The notes under the pieces: model-generated
Database searches by the model: none
What the model was told of the DNA's origin: nothing
The model's input: only the letters and a program-made list of their open reading frames with translations
NCBI RefSeq assembly: GCF_018350175.1
Contig: NC_058368.1
Location: 39,744,001-39,808,000, forward strand
Direction: 5' to 3'
From: Felis catus
Lineage: Eukaryota
DNA: 64,000 nt
Shown: positions 49,946 to 62,359 of the stretch, in pieces
Layout: each line of letters starts with the position of its first letter
Numbering within the stretch: the first letter of the stretch is position 1
Translations under genes and position numbers: made by a program

Positions 49946-49981
49946 CTCAAAAATAAAGAAACATTAAAAATTAAAAAAAAT
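49741..49981 (+). mobile_element. CAN-SINE
   Basis: TSD AAAATAAAACT. Confidence 0.95.
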
Positions 49982-50939
49982 AAAATAAAACTATTCAGCG
50001 ATCAAAGACAAAAGCCGCATCATAGATGGTGTGTGGTTATGTTACTATTTCTAAATATCTGATCAGGATAAACATAATTATAAAATCTTCATGCAAACAT
50101 GTAGTTTAATTATACTATAATTATAGTACTTGTGCTAACCCTACCCTAAATGTATGTTAAAATTTTCGACTTAACATATTTATTAGTTAAACTGAAGAAT
50201 CTTTTGCTGGACAAATAAATAAAATTCCCAACTCTATAAAAACATCCCATTAAAAATCAGAAATTTATTCACTGGTTGATAGTTACTGAATAAACTGCAT
50301 AATTAAAATTACATAATTATAAACTTCACGCATCCCATGAGATAGGAAATTTCTCAATGTGATAAAGTGCTTCAATGAAAAACCTATAGTTGATGCTATA
50401 CTGAATAGTGATATATTGACATTTTTTTTGTAAGATTGGAAAAAAAAAGATATTCAACCTCATCTGTTCTTGTCAACATTTTACTCGAAGTCCTAATATT
50501 GCAATAAAGCAAGGCAAAAACATAAAAACCATTAAGATTGTAAATTAAGATAAAGTTCAAAATTAAATACTGCAAATTGAGATAGGAAAACATGAACAGA
50601 GTAGCAAAAGATTGCAAAAATTAAAAATAAATATTGAAATAATAAACCTTAATTCAGATATTACAATTATATTTCACATATATTTTTTTAAATATTGGAA
50701 AGAGTTAAACAATTTAACATATCCTTAAATAAATTATGATGTGTCCCGTATAATAGTTCCAAGCAGCTGTATAGTGTTATATTGTCCATATATTCACCAT
50801 CTTATCTTTCAATGGCCATGTTGAACATTTTGGAAAATGCTAGAGAAAAAACCCTGGTGAATCCTTAATGTTAATACCGAAAGTCCCAGAGGATTTTTAA
50901 CCAAGTAGTACAGACTGCTTTTTAACATGTCCATTATTT

Positions 50940-51168
50940 TTTTTTTAATTTTTTTCAACGTTTATTTATTTTTGCGACAGAGAGAGACAGAGAGAGACAG
51001 AGCATGAACGGGGGAGGGGCAGAGAGAGAGGGAGACACAGAATCGGAAACAGGCTCCAGGCTCCGAGCCATCAGCCCAGAGCCCGACGCGGGGCTCGAAC
51101 TCACGGACCGAGAGATAGTGACCTGGCTGAAGTCGGACGCTTAACCGACTGCGCCACCCAGGCACCCC
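50940..51168 (-). mobile_element. Young SINEC_Fc-type SINE (left arm of the inverted pair)
   Basis: TSD CATGTCCATTATTT at 50926-50939 and 51171-51184. Confidence 0.95.
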
Positions 51169-51356
51169 ATCATGTCCATTATTTAAAAGAGTGTTATAGG
51201 GGTGCCCCATCATGTCCATTATTTAAAAGAGTGTTATAGGGGCGCCCCATCATGTCCATTATTTAAAAGTGTTATAAGGGCGCCCCATCATGTCCATTAT
51301 TTAAAAGAGTGTTATAGGGGTGCCCCATCATGTCCATTATTTAAAAGAGTGTTATA
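51169..51356. repeat. 40-bp minisatellite, 5 copies
   Basis: ATCATGTCCATTATTTAAAAGAGTGTTATA + GGGGYGCCCC; copies start at 51169, 51209, 51249, 51287 and 51327. Confidence 0.95.
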
Positions 51357-51573
51357 GGGGCGCCTGGGTGGCGCAGTCGGTTAAGCGTCCGACTTCAGCC
51401 AGGTCACGATCTCGCGGTCCGTGAGTTCGAGCCCCGCGTTGGGCTCTGGGCTGATGGCTCGGAGCCTGGAGCCTGTTTCCGATTCTGTGTCTCCCTCTCT
51501 CTCTGCCCCTCCCCCGTTCATGCTCTGTCTCTCTCTGTCGCAAAAATAAATAAATGTTGAAAAAAAAAATTTA
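51357..51573 (+). mobile_element. Young SINEC_Fc-type SINE (right arm of the inverted pair)
   Basis: TSD AAAA(G/A)AGTGTTAT at 51343-51355 and 51574-51586. Confidence 0.95.
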
Positions 51574-51902
51574 AAAAAAGTGTTATTTTCAAATGTATTT
51601 ACATTTCATAAAAGTCATTGCTTGTGTAGAATTATGTTTTAATTCAGAATATCATGAGATCATGTTTTGCTTGTATTGGCTATTTAATGTAAAAAAACAA
51701 AACAAAACAGAAATAAAATATCTACTATTTTAATGCCTCTTTAAGAGACAGTATTTGCTATTCCTTTTTTATACAGGGACTCCCTTCTAGTTTACAATTG
51801 CTAGTTTTTTGCTAGTGAGATGACCCACCTTCCATGATTCTCTCTACTCTTAAGCAGAAAATAGAATTTACAAATTTTACAATAACAGAGAAGCACTACA
51901 CA

Positions 51903-52119
51903 TTTTTTTAAATGTTTATTTATTTTGAGAGGGAGGAAGAATGAGTGCACATGGGTGCAAGCACATAGGGGCAGAGAGAAGGAGACACAGAATCCCAAGC
52001 ACGGTCTGTGCTGTCTGCACAGAGCCCTATGTAGAGATCGATCTCATAAACCATGAGATCATGACCTGAGCTGAAATCAAGAATCAGACGCTCAACCAAC
52101 TGAGGCATCCAGGCGCCCC
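51903..52119 (-). mobile_element. CAN-SINE
   Basis: Reverse SINE ending CCAGGCGCCCC. Confidence 0.95.
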
Positions 52120-53304
52120 ACATCTTTTAAGTGACCATAACATCTTAATTATTTCAGCAAAAAAAAAAAAAAACCAAAAGATTATAGTAGCTCTGCAATC
52201 AGATAATTATATATTTGGTGGGATTCCTACAAGATATTCACATATTGTTTCTCATTAAAGTGTGCTCACTTATATACCTTATATTATTATCTAGAAAGCC
52301 TAAAAGTAAGGATAAATACTTGAGTTCATTTCCATTCACAACAGTTTAGAATCATTCCCTATGTTATCTCAAATATCAGTAATTTGTGTTTTAAGATCTT
52401 AACAGCACACATAACTTTTTGCCTTTTCATCATAATATCTTCCTCAATCTAATCTCTGCCTTCATACTGGGGAATTATGTTAATAAGTTCCTTTCTTGAG
52501 TCTTCCAAAAAAAGTAGAAATTTCCCTATAACGGTTTAAAACCTTTGTTTAATAAAACAGAAATTTTATATTTTGAGACTTTTTAATGTTTGTCATTAGA
52601 ATATACATTTATCCCAGTAGATAAATATAATGTGCATATTCTCTTGTATTTAGGGAAATAGATTAAAGCCTCACATTTTTGTCCATTTAGTGAGTTCTTT
52701 ATGTCAATGTGGCATAAGCTGGATATTTTTATAACTTAAATTTGTTCAAATGAACACTGTGTTCATATGTAGGCATTCACATCTCAGCCTGAAAAGATGC
52801 CTGTCTATTCTCACCTTTTCCCCCTTGTGATCACAGCATTTTAATTGTCACCAAAGAACCAAAAGAGTTCTGTGTGCAGAGACATTGACAGCCCCATAAT
52901 GAAGATATGTGAATAGTAAAATGGCAAGACTTTTAGAGCTGTATACATTATGAAAAGGTTAATGAGTAGTGCTACCCACAGAGCACAATTTAGCTGACTT
53001 CGAAATTTTATTGATGAGAAAACTTTTGATTTTCTTTTTGAGGACTATGTTCTTGATGATACTTATTAGCTTCACAAAAGAAAGTACACATTTATGTCTT
53101 GTTAATTGAAATGATTTTTAAGCTGCAGGAATACGGACTGCCATTTCAAAATATTTATATTTCTGAGTGGCTAACTTATTGCTTGTTGGATATACAAGTA
53201 GTGCAGAATTGTTGTTTTCCCTATTATGTTGCATTTGTTGCCTCTCCTTAGATGTAGGCTGAAAAATAATTAGTAATAAAAATAATGTTAATAATTATAG
53301 CAAT

Positions 53305-53945
53305 GGCATTAGTTGTTCTTGGTTATAAGCAAAAGAAACTGATTCTGGCTATTTTATTTTTTTAAGTTTATTTATTTTGAGAGAGAGAGTGTGTGTGAGC
53401 AGGGGAGGGGCAAAGAGAGAGAGGAAGGGAGAGAATCCTAAGCAGGCTCCACGCCGTCAGCGCAGAGCCCGACGTGGGGCTCAAACCCACAAACCGTGAG
53501 ATCATGACCTGAGCCGAAACCAAGAGGTAGTGGCTTAACCGACTGAGCCATGCAGGCACCCCGATTCTGGCTGTTTTCAACAAAAGTTTAATGTATTGGA
53601 TGTGTATGCGGGAATCACTATACTGATCACAGGATGGAGAACCTAGGCTAAGAACTGTGCAAAAATAAGACTGTCAGAGCACTTGGCAACAAGACCATCT
53701 GGCTAGAAATTTGCTAGGCCTTCTCTCACCATTGTTTCACGGCCAGTGTAAGCAGTGGCAAACTTCCCCTTACTTTCCATCACAATCTCTAGATTCACAC
53801 TTCCATATTTGAGAATCTGATTGGCTAAGCCTCATTACAGTCATCTGATTCAGGAGTTTAGTTACTGTCTCTCACAGTGTGGGATTGGCCCCGCCGAAGA
53901 AGGAGCTAGTTGAATCTGAACAGCGAAAATGACAGTAGTCACTAT
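53305..53945 (-). mobile_element. Ancient MaLR LTR (MLT1K/L-like), split by a SINE
   Basis: CTTGGTTATAAGCAAAAGAAACTGATTCTGGCT...; GAGAATCTGATTGGCTAAGCCT. Confidence 0.6.
53356..53562 (-). mobile_element. CAN-SINE nested in the LTR
   Basis: TSD GATTCTGGCT (53341-53350, 53563-53572). Confidence 0.95.
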
Positions 53946-55270
53946 TTTTCACCATTTTGGTTACTCAAAATCTAAAAACTCTCTTTTGCCTATTTTTATA
54001 ACTGTAAGTAAAATCCTAAGGCACTAGTCCGTTAGTAGATATTCACTCTCTCCCCTAAAGGGAGAGAACCCCAAATGTTGTCAAGTACCAATCTGGCTGC
54101 ACATAACAGGATCGTTGAATAAAATCTTTAATATTCACTTAAAAACGTAATAGGCTTATTTTTAGGCAGTTTTGTGTTTACAGAACAATAAATGCTGAAT
54201 ACAGAGTTGTCATAAATATCCCTTCAGCCCTCCCCTCCTCCTCCACTCAGTTTCTGTTATTATTAACATCTTGGATTAATGTGGTACATTTGCTGCCATC
54301 CCTGAATATTGATACATTATTATCAACTAAAGTGCACAGTTCACATTTGAGATAACTCTTTGTGTTGTACATTCTCTTGGTTCTGACAAATATGTCATGA
54401 CACGTATCCACCATTATGGTATCATATGGAGTAGTTTCATGGTCTTAAAAATACAAATATTCATGTGTCCATAGCAGTATTTATTACCTCTCTTCTCCAC
54501 TCTCCATTATTGCCTTTGACTTATATCTCAGACAGATGAGATTCTTTTCCTAAAGTCTAAAACCCTTTATTAGGGATTTGTTTTTGACTATTCTGCCTTT
54601 AGAGAGTCATGATGCATTATTCACTGTGATTTTTAGAACTAAAAAATGGAAAGATGAGGAAGAAAACATGGAGTTTCTAGAAAGTTTTACCCATAGTCCA
54701 TCCAGTCTCCAAAAATGACAAGAGCTTTATTTCTTAGTGATACAGAGGATGTACTAAGCCAATATCCTGAACCCATTTTTTTTATTCATCCTGGGATTCA
54801 TCTACCCAACTTCAAAACTGGCAGGAGCCCTCAAAATGACTCGGTAGCAGTTTTATTTTGGAACCATTGCCCTCTTTCTGGTGAAGCAGTCCTTTGTTTC
54901 ATGAAATTGATTCCAGAAACCCAGCAGAGCCCAGAGCTCCAGTGCAGAAGACAAATTTTCGTTTAACAGATCATTGAATAGACAACAGCAATCCCTCTCA
55001 TATACACATGTCCTTCTCACATACACACTGTCCTCTCTGGTGCCCAGAAATATATGTGCTGCTTGTTTCAGAGATCGCATCAACTCTCTGAAGATGTGCT
55101 CCAAATGGGAACCATATAGAATACCAATAACAAACTTCCATGAGAAGGGTGATTGGCAAAAAAAAAGTGTCCATTCCTGAAAAACGTAACTTTTAATGAA
55201 CATTCCTCAGAATTGTTCTAAAAATTCCTACAACTATCTCACCACCATAGGTCTCCCTTCCCTCACTAGA
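53946..55270 (-). mobile_element. Degraded MaLR/ERV-L internal segment adjoining the LTR (integrase-end/dUTPase-like region)
   Basis: Minus strand GAAAATTTGTCTTCTG...GGGCTCTGCTGG...TGCTTCACCAG...CAATGGTTCCA...TTTTGAGGGCTCCT resembles recalled ERV-L/MLT-int 3' pol; interrupted by an L1 fragment. Confidence 0.45.
54150..54455 (-). mobile_element. LINE-1 3' end (L1MC1/2-like)
   Basis: GCAGTTTTGTGTTTACAGAA...ATTATTAACATCTTG...GTGGTACATTTG...ATTGATACATTATTATCAACTAAAGT...GTATCCACCATTAT. Confidence 0.8.
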
Positions 55271-55437
55271 TCTTTTACAAATCAATCAGCTCCGTCAAAA
55301 CGTAATGTCAAAAATTGTCAAATTTTGCTGCAAGGCCACGTACCTATAGCCAAAACATTAAGGTAGTTAGAAAAAAAAGGCATCCAGTTTAATGCTACTT
55401 GGGGTATATTGAGATATTCAATGTCAGCTTTATTCTG

Positions 55438-55440
<3 letters not shown>

Positions 55441-55490
<50 letters not shown>
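55441..55490. repeat. (GA)25 microsatellite
   Basis: Direct reading. Confidence 0.95.
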
Positions 55491-55492
<2 letters not shown>

Positions 55493-55649
55493 TGGGGGAA
55501 GTGAGAGAAAGATTGATACATATGGTTGGCTACAGTGATAAAACTACTTGCAATGTTTTCTTTACACAAACAGAAGAGATTAAAGAAATATCTTGCTAAA
55601 AGATTTATTCTGTTGTTATTTTAGGATTGAAACATATTTTACCCACAAA

Positions 55650-56215
55650 ATTAATTCCTTCTATGGTCTCCCTTCATTTCAAGGATAAGTTTTAAATGCC
55701 CTAGAATAACAAAGAAAGTCTTTCACGACCCAGTCCCAGACAATCTTTCTTACCATAAATTTGTCTTAACTGAATTTTAGTTCTAACATTCAGTTTATAC
55801 CCCAACTTCCTTCTGGCTTTTTTTCAATCTAAGTGCTCTCTGCTCCAGAAACTCTAAAGTAATCATAGACTTCGATTATCACATTCACCTTCCCTCTTCG
55901 TCAATGCCCTACCCTCCATCTAGAAAGCTCTTTATTACACTCTCTCTACTTCCTATTAAACAGACACTCATGCTTCAGAACATGTTTCAAATGTCACTTC
56001 CTCTGTAAATTCATCCTTAACTTTTCCTGGCAAAGTTAATCATTTCCTCTATTGTATTCTTAGAACATTCTGAACATACAATATTTGCTTTGAAAGTATT
56101 GGTTTACCCATCATCTGTACCCACTAGATGGTGGGAATACAGGTTATGTCATAGTCATCTTTATATCTCAAATGATAAGAAGAATAGGTATTCATTGGTT
56201 GAGTGTTGAACATTT
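55650..56215 (+). mobile_element. LINE-2 3' relic
   Basis: CCCTCCATCTAGAAAGCTCTT, TGCTTCAGA...TCAAATGTCACTTCCTCTG, CCCACTAGA, TCATCTTTATATCTC. Confidence 0.6.
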
Positions 56216-56466
56216 GAGATTTTCAGCCATTTTTGGAGCAGTTGTTTATATGAACAGTATCTCCAATAGAACCCTTACCCTGAAAATAAAAGCATATTCA
56301 GTATGTTGGTTATTTTTTTACATATATTTATTCAGGATTTTAAAATATATCATCTGTGTAATAAAAACATATATTCAAGAAGAAGTTAATCAAAATAGAT
56401 TAATGTCTGTACTCAAAATATTCAAATGTAAGTTTAAAAAAGTTTTCTTTTTAAAATGACAAGAAG

Positions 56467-56663
56467 AGGAGTGCCTGGGTGGCTCAGTCAGTTAAGTAAG
56501 CGTCTGACTCTTGATTTGGGCTCAGGTCATGATCTCACGGTTAGTGAGTTTAAGCACCGTGTCGGGCTCTGCACTATCTGTGTGGAGCCTGCTTGGAATT
56601 CTCTCTCTGCACCACCCCGCCACCTCAGAATAAATAAAAATAAAACTTTAAAAAAATAAATAA
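56467..56663 (+). mobile_element. CAN-SINE
   Basis: TSD about AA(A/T)TGACAAGAAG. Confidence 0.9.
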
Positions 56664-57417
56664 ATTGACAAGAAGAAAGTAGAAATTTTAACATGAAATT
56701 TTGGGCATGGTTTTCAGAATTGTGATCTTTGAAAATAACAAGGACTTTATTAATTTGCTGAAAACAAAAACAAATTATATTGATAAATAAATGAATGAAT
56801 AAATACATAATTCAGATTGAACATATGGTCCCTGATATAGCTAATATTACTAGAAACACTTAGAAATGCTGTGGAACTTATTAGCATGGTGCCTTGTTAA
56901 CAACTAAATTTAGGCTTTAGCTTTAAGGCTTAGAACTGAAATTAATAAAAGTTTTAAATAATATTTTAGAATTGACAGTTGGGTGGGATGTGAATATTCT
57001 GGACAGCTAAAATATATCTCAAATCTAAGAAAGTTAAAATCATCAGCAGTCTCTGTTTTAACAATGCAATTTTGAAATTCTATTCCCAGTTAGCCCCAGG
57101 GAAACATGTTAAATACCTATAAAATGATGGCTAATGTCAAAATCTCTAATGCAACTAAATAGACAAATCTTCCCTAGTTAGGCCAAGACAATATAAAGCA
57201 GGTTTCAGTCAACACATCTCGATGTATGCCTAATGTGCTTTATAACACCTGAAAGAAAAACTAGAAAATAAAACATCAAGACAACTTGCCGGCTTAGAGA
57301 TATTTACACCCCAGATATCAAAAGACAGCACCAATGATGAGTAACTAAAATGCTGAAATAACAAGTTATTGAGAACTGTCATTGTGGGAAATCATTTACA
57401 AAATTTGTCTCATTTAT

Positions 57418-58022
57418 TTTCTTAGTCTGCTCAGGCTATCATAACAAAATACCATAGACTGGGGGCGCCTAGGTGGTGCAGTCAGTTAAGCGTCCGACTT
57501 CAGCCAGGTCACGATCTCGCAGTCCGTGATTTCAGGCCCGCGTCAGGCTCTGGGCTGATGGCTCAGAGCCTGGAGCCTGTTTCCGATTCTGTGTCTCCCT
57601 CTCTCTCTGCCCCTCACCTGTTCATGCTCTGTCTCTCTCTGTCCCAAAAATAAATAAACGTTGAAAAAAAATTAAAAATAAAAATTAAAAAAAAATACCA
57701 TAGACTGAATGACTTAAACAGCAGAAATTTATTTTCTTACAGTTCTGGAGCCTGGAAAAACCAAGGTCCAGATGTTGGAAGAGTGTGTTCGTAGTAAGGG
57801 CCTCTCTCCTGGCTTGTGTCCTCACATGGCCTTTCCACAGTGTGTGTGTATAGAGGCAGTGAGCAACATCTATGATGTCTCTTCTTACAAGAACACTAAT
57901 CCCATTATTATCCAGTCTTATGACCTCCTCCAGTTTCCTCCCAACTGCCACATCTCCACATACCATTACACTGAAGACTAGCATTTCACCATATAAGGGA
58001 TACAAACATTCAGTCCATAACA
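57418..58022 (-). mobile_element. MLT1A/B-like MaLR solo LTR with nested SINE
   Basis: Minus strand starts TGTTATGGACTGAATGTTTG; ATAACAAAATACCATAGACTG and CAGTTCTGGAG; 5-bp TSD TTTAT (57413-57417, 58023-58027). Confidence 0.85.
57462..57691 (+). mobile_element. Young SINEC_Fc-type SINE
   Basis: Perfect 16-bp TSD AAAATACCATAGACTG (57446-57461, 57692-57707). Confidence 0.95.
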
Positions 58023-58574
58023 TTTATTTAGTCCAGTTGCCTATGGCCAACTGCAAAAAAAAAAAAAAAAAATCTATGATATTTACTTAGAAAATAACAC
58101 TTGTTTAGGAAAAACTTTTTAAAAAAATTGCAGTCATTGAAGACAAATGAGACCCCAAAATACAATCCAAGGAATTCATGAAGTTGTATGGCCTCTGTAT
58201 TCAGATCTTGAAAATGAGAGAGAGAGAGAGACGATAACACTGTTGGTAGCAAACCGAACTTTAAATAAACAGAAAACAGTTTCTTCTCCCTGGCAAGCTT
58301 CTGGTTTCATCATTGTTGTTAGGACATTTAAAAGATGAGGAAATCAGGTTTCACATGCATGAAGTAATTCAAATAAATTCATACAAATAGAAAGTAACAA
58401 ACTCAGGAATTTTTATGCAAAACAGTTTGAAATTTAAAACCTATATTCAGAACAAGTGGGATATACAGTCCAAACAACCTCCCTGCACCTTTATATTTAA
58501 GACCGTATCAATAAAACCTAAGTTATAGAAAAATTTTAAAACTGGCTTATGAAAAATACCAATCACATAGTAAT

Positions 58575-59144
58575 TGTTGTGGAATGAATGATTGTGTCCC
58601 CTCTAAAATGCATTTTAGGGGCACCTGGGTGGCTCAGTGGTTAAGCGTCCAACTTTGGCTCCTGTTATCATTTCTTGGTTCGTGAGTTCGAGCACTGCAT
58701 CAGGGTTGCTGCTGTCAGTCCAGAGCCCACTTTGATCCTCTGTCCCCCCTCTCTCTGCCCCTCCCCTGCTCACGAGTACTCTCTCTCAAAAGTGAATAAG
58801 CAGTTTAAAAAATTGATTTGTTGACATTCTAGCCCGCAGTATGATGGTTCTATGAGGTGGGACCTTTGGGAAGTGACTAAATCATGAAGGTAGAGTCCTC
58901 ATGAATGGAATTAATACCTTATAAAGGGGACCCCCAAGAGCTCTCTCACTCTTTCTGCCCAGTAAAGACACAGTGAGAAGACAGCCATCTACAAGCCAGG
59001 AAGAGGGCTCTCATCAGACACCAAATCTGTTGGTACCTTGATCTTGGACATCATAGTTTCCAGAACTGTGAGAGAGAAATGTTTGTTATTCAAGCCACCC
59101 AATCCATGGTATTTTTGTTATAGCAGACGGAAAAGACTAAGAGA
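58575..59144 (+). mobile_element. MLT1A-like MaLR solo LTR with nested SINE
   Basis: TGTTGTGGAATGAATGATTGTGTCCC...CCTTTGGGAAGTGA...ACCTTGATCTTGGAC...CCAGAACTGTGAG...GACTAAGAGA; 5-bp TSD GTAAT (58570-58574, 59145-59149). Confidence 0.85.
58618..58807 (+). mobile_element. CAN-SINE nested in MLT1A
   Basis: Head, GAGTTCGAGC B box, CT region, short tail; TSD about TAAAAT(T)G(C)ATTT. Confidence 0.9.
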
Positions 59145-60199
59145 GTAATTATAAAAGTAGTTCTGCTTATTGTTCTCATTAGTTTTTGTAGAAACTTACT
59201 TCAAATATTTATAATTAAATAAAATTATTATTATTATTATTTAATTTTTTGGCTTAAAATTAATTATTAAAAATAATTTGGCTTAAAGATCTCAGAACTC
59301 TGTTAATTAGACAATGCAATAATACATTTCAAATCATATTTTTAAAAAATTAAAAGTACACTATCATGTTATTATGTGGCAATAGGGTTAAATCCTCGAA
59401 GTCACTGCTGTTCAGTGATTTATGATTGTTTTCCATGTTGTTGCTTCAATTTTTTCAAATTAGTCAGGTACAGTTGAACTAGAAAAACTGACTTGTGTCA
59501 TTTGAACCTACTCAATAATGATTTAGTCAGAAAAGTTTGGACTATATACTTTGATCTAGATAAATTTCCCTTGTCCTTGTGCAAGGATAAAGGTAGTGGA
59601 GGAGTACTGGTCTCAGGGCATCATACAAGCAGAAAACCATATGCTCAGTTCATCTCTGTTTTCCAGTTATAGAACTGAGTGGGCCTCCCTGGGGTGCCCC
59701 ACACCAATCTCTACCTGACTCATCATGGTAAAAACACCAGAAGTAAAGCTGTTCCTCTCAGACGTGTCATGTTACATTAGAAATAATGGCTTTTCGCTCT
59801 TCATCTATTAGTTTAATTTCTCATATCAAGTTATCACAAACTAGCCATCTAGTTATTGTTGACCCAACTGTCTTACTATCTTCTGAGAATAATGTTTACT
59901 AACCCAACAGTCTTACCTTCTAAAGATAAAGCTTAAGGCATATGTCTTTATATATAAAGATATATAACACACACACATATATACATGCCATCCTGACATA
60001 AACAACCATAACAGTGTAAAAAAATGTCTAAGGCAACTTTTTTATCTTTTTATTTTTTAGCTTTAGGTAACAACCTTTCAAATTTCTAGTCCTTAAAGAA
60101 TAAAAATTCACGGATCCAAGTGTGTGATCATATCAGCTTTCTCTGTAGAGCGCTGTACCATAAGCTTACATTTAACCAGAGTATGATAGTAACACTGAG

Positions 60200-61164
60200 C
60201 TGAAGAAATAGTTGTCAGTGATTGGGGCAGCTAAAGTGATTGGGCTTTATGAGGCAGGTCACCAGAGAGGAGTCAGCTGCCTAGGGGTGTGAGAAGCAAT
60301 CTGGGTCTAAATTCTCCATGTTACCTCAACATAGAACTGGGCTTCTAATATGCAGAACAGGTCTACAAAATGATAATCAGACAGCAGCTGCTACAGCGTG
60401 AGGGCACAACAGGTAACAGGTTAGTTGGTGCTTCACCCAAGTAATGAATATTTGTCACTCCAGTGCTGAAACTGAGACAAGGACTACACCTCTGCCTGCT
60501 CCAGACCTACCCTAACAAAGCATAAGCCAAATCCCTGAGAAAAACTGATGCGAACACAATTTGGAAGTTGATAGTCTCACCAAGTTCTAGGAACTTCAGT
60601 AATATCGTGAGTTTTACACAGATCTGCCTTAACAAAATACAAACCAAGCCTATGCAAGTTCAAGTTGATCAGAAGTAGTTAATGCACCAACTAGGAAAAA
60701 ATCAATAATCTCTAGAAGAAGAATAGAGTACACGGTTTCTAATTTACACTCCACAATGTCTAATATACATAACCTCATTCATGTAAACAAACAGGAAAAT
60801 GTGAATCAGAGTAAAAAAAAAACAGTCAATAAAATTCTGTCCCCAAGATGGCTGAGAAAGTTGCCTTTAGAAGATAAAAATGTTAAAAGTTACTATAAAT
60901 ATATTCAAAGAATTAAGTAAAATATGCCTTATTGCATGAATGTGTATACTCTTAGCAAAGAGATAGAAAGAGTTAGTAATGGAAAAATAAGTGATCTTAA
61001 AAAATGAGTCAATAGATGTTATCCCATCAGAAGAGCAGAAGTAAAAAATATAAATAAGATTGAAAAAAATTAACAGAGGTTTAGGAAGCCTAGACACATA
61101 TAAAATAGTCTAACATTCATGTAATAGGAGTCCCAGAAGAAGAGAGAGAATATGGAAATACAGA

Positions 61165-61225
<61 letters not shown>

Positions 61226-61700
61226 GGAAATTGTTGAAAAATGCCAAATCTGATCAAAACATCTAGTTACAAATCTAACCCAAGAAAATCTAATAAAGTA
61301 GTTTGGCACATCATACTCAAACAAGCAAATATCAGGAGAAAATCCTCAAAACATGTACAGAAAAATTGCATATTGCATAGTTTATCAAAGATAAGAATGG
61401 TAGAAACAATTATCAGAAAAAATTGAGGCCAGAATATAATGAAGGAGATAATAAAATCACAGCTTTAAAAAGCTAACCACAATGACAAAAAGATTGCCTT
61501 TCATGCAATAATTCAGTATTCATAAAGAATACCCTTTAAAACTCAAGATGAAAATAAATACATTTTTAGGTAACTGAAAGCTTAGGAAATTTGACACGAG
61601 ACCCAAACTATAAGAAATGTTAACATATTCTTTAAGCTGAAGAAGTAAACAAAAATTTGAATCTGCAGAAGGAAAAAAATGAATAATGAAAATGACAAAT
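60200..61700 (+). mobile_element. Ancient LINE-1 5' region/ORF1 relic (L1M4/L1MC-E-like)
   Basis: AAACAGGAAAATGTGA...CAGTCAATA, CTATAAATATATTCAAAGAATTAA, GTCTAACATTCATGTAATAGGAGTCCCAGAAG, AAATACATTTTTAG. Confidence 0.65.
61168..61224. repeat. (GAAA)14 microsatellite
   Basis: Direct reading. Confidence 0.95.
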
Positions 61701-61779
61701 AAGTAATATAGTCATCAGGTCCTAATATATTTCAGGAAAAGTAATCCAGGGGATATAGCTAAAAAAGAATAGTGTGATT

Positions 61780-62330
61780 GGTTTTATGTTATATACAATT
61801 GTTAAAGAATGTCTCCCTGCTAGGAGACATTTCATTATATATCTAAAGAAAGTGAAGGTGTGAGCCTTGAGGATGTCTAAGAGAGGAGCCTTTTGGGTAA
61901 ACAATAAAGATCCTGAAGCAAAGCTATGCTTGGGGTACTCAAGGGTCAAGAAGGAATTCTGTGGAGCTGGTATGGAGGGAAGGAGAAGGGAGTAAATAGT
62001 AGAAGATAATGACCAGATCAAGTCCCAGGACATAGTGAGTATTTGGCTTTGCTCTGTGACAGGGAGCTACTTCGAATTTTTGAATGAGGTGACATAGTAG
62101 GTCTTTAATTTTAAAAGGATCACTCAGGTTGCAACAGTAAGTAGAGATGTGGAATGCTGGAGATGGGGAGTGGATGCAAAGCAATTGAAATCTGAATATA
62201 TTCTCTAAGAGAAGCCAACAAGATTTAAGGATGAATTTAATATAGAGTGAGAGAGAGAGAGAAAATAGGGATGTCTTTAAAAGTTATGGCCTTAACAACT
62301 GTTAAATGCATTTGCTAATTTCTGAGAGGT
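61780..62330 (-). mobile_element. LINE-2 relic
   Basis: GTGAAGGTGTGAGCC, AAAGATCCTGAAGCA, TTTGGCTTTGCTCTG, TTTTAAAAGGATCACTC, TCTGAATATATT. Confidence 0.7.
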
Positions 62331-62359
62331 TGTTGTTATGAAGTTTGGTGATGTTTCAA

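Noticed and set aside
51169..51356. Regular 40-bp array with palindromic GGGGCGCCCC, superficially CRISPR-like
   Set aside because: The intervening segments are near-identical rather than unique spacers, there are no cas genes, and the sequence is fully explained by SINE heads plus the target site in a mammalian genome
52810..52940. Possible minus-strand exon ending at donor AAG|GTGAG
   Set aside because: Stops in all three frames; no supporting neighbouring exons
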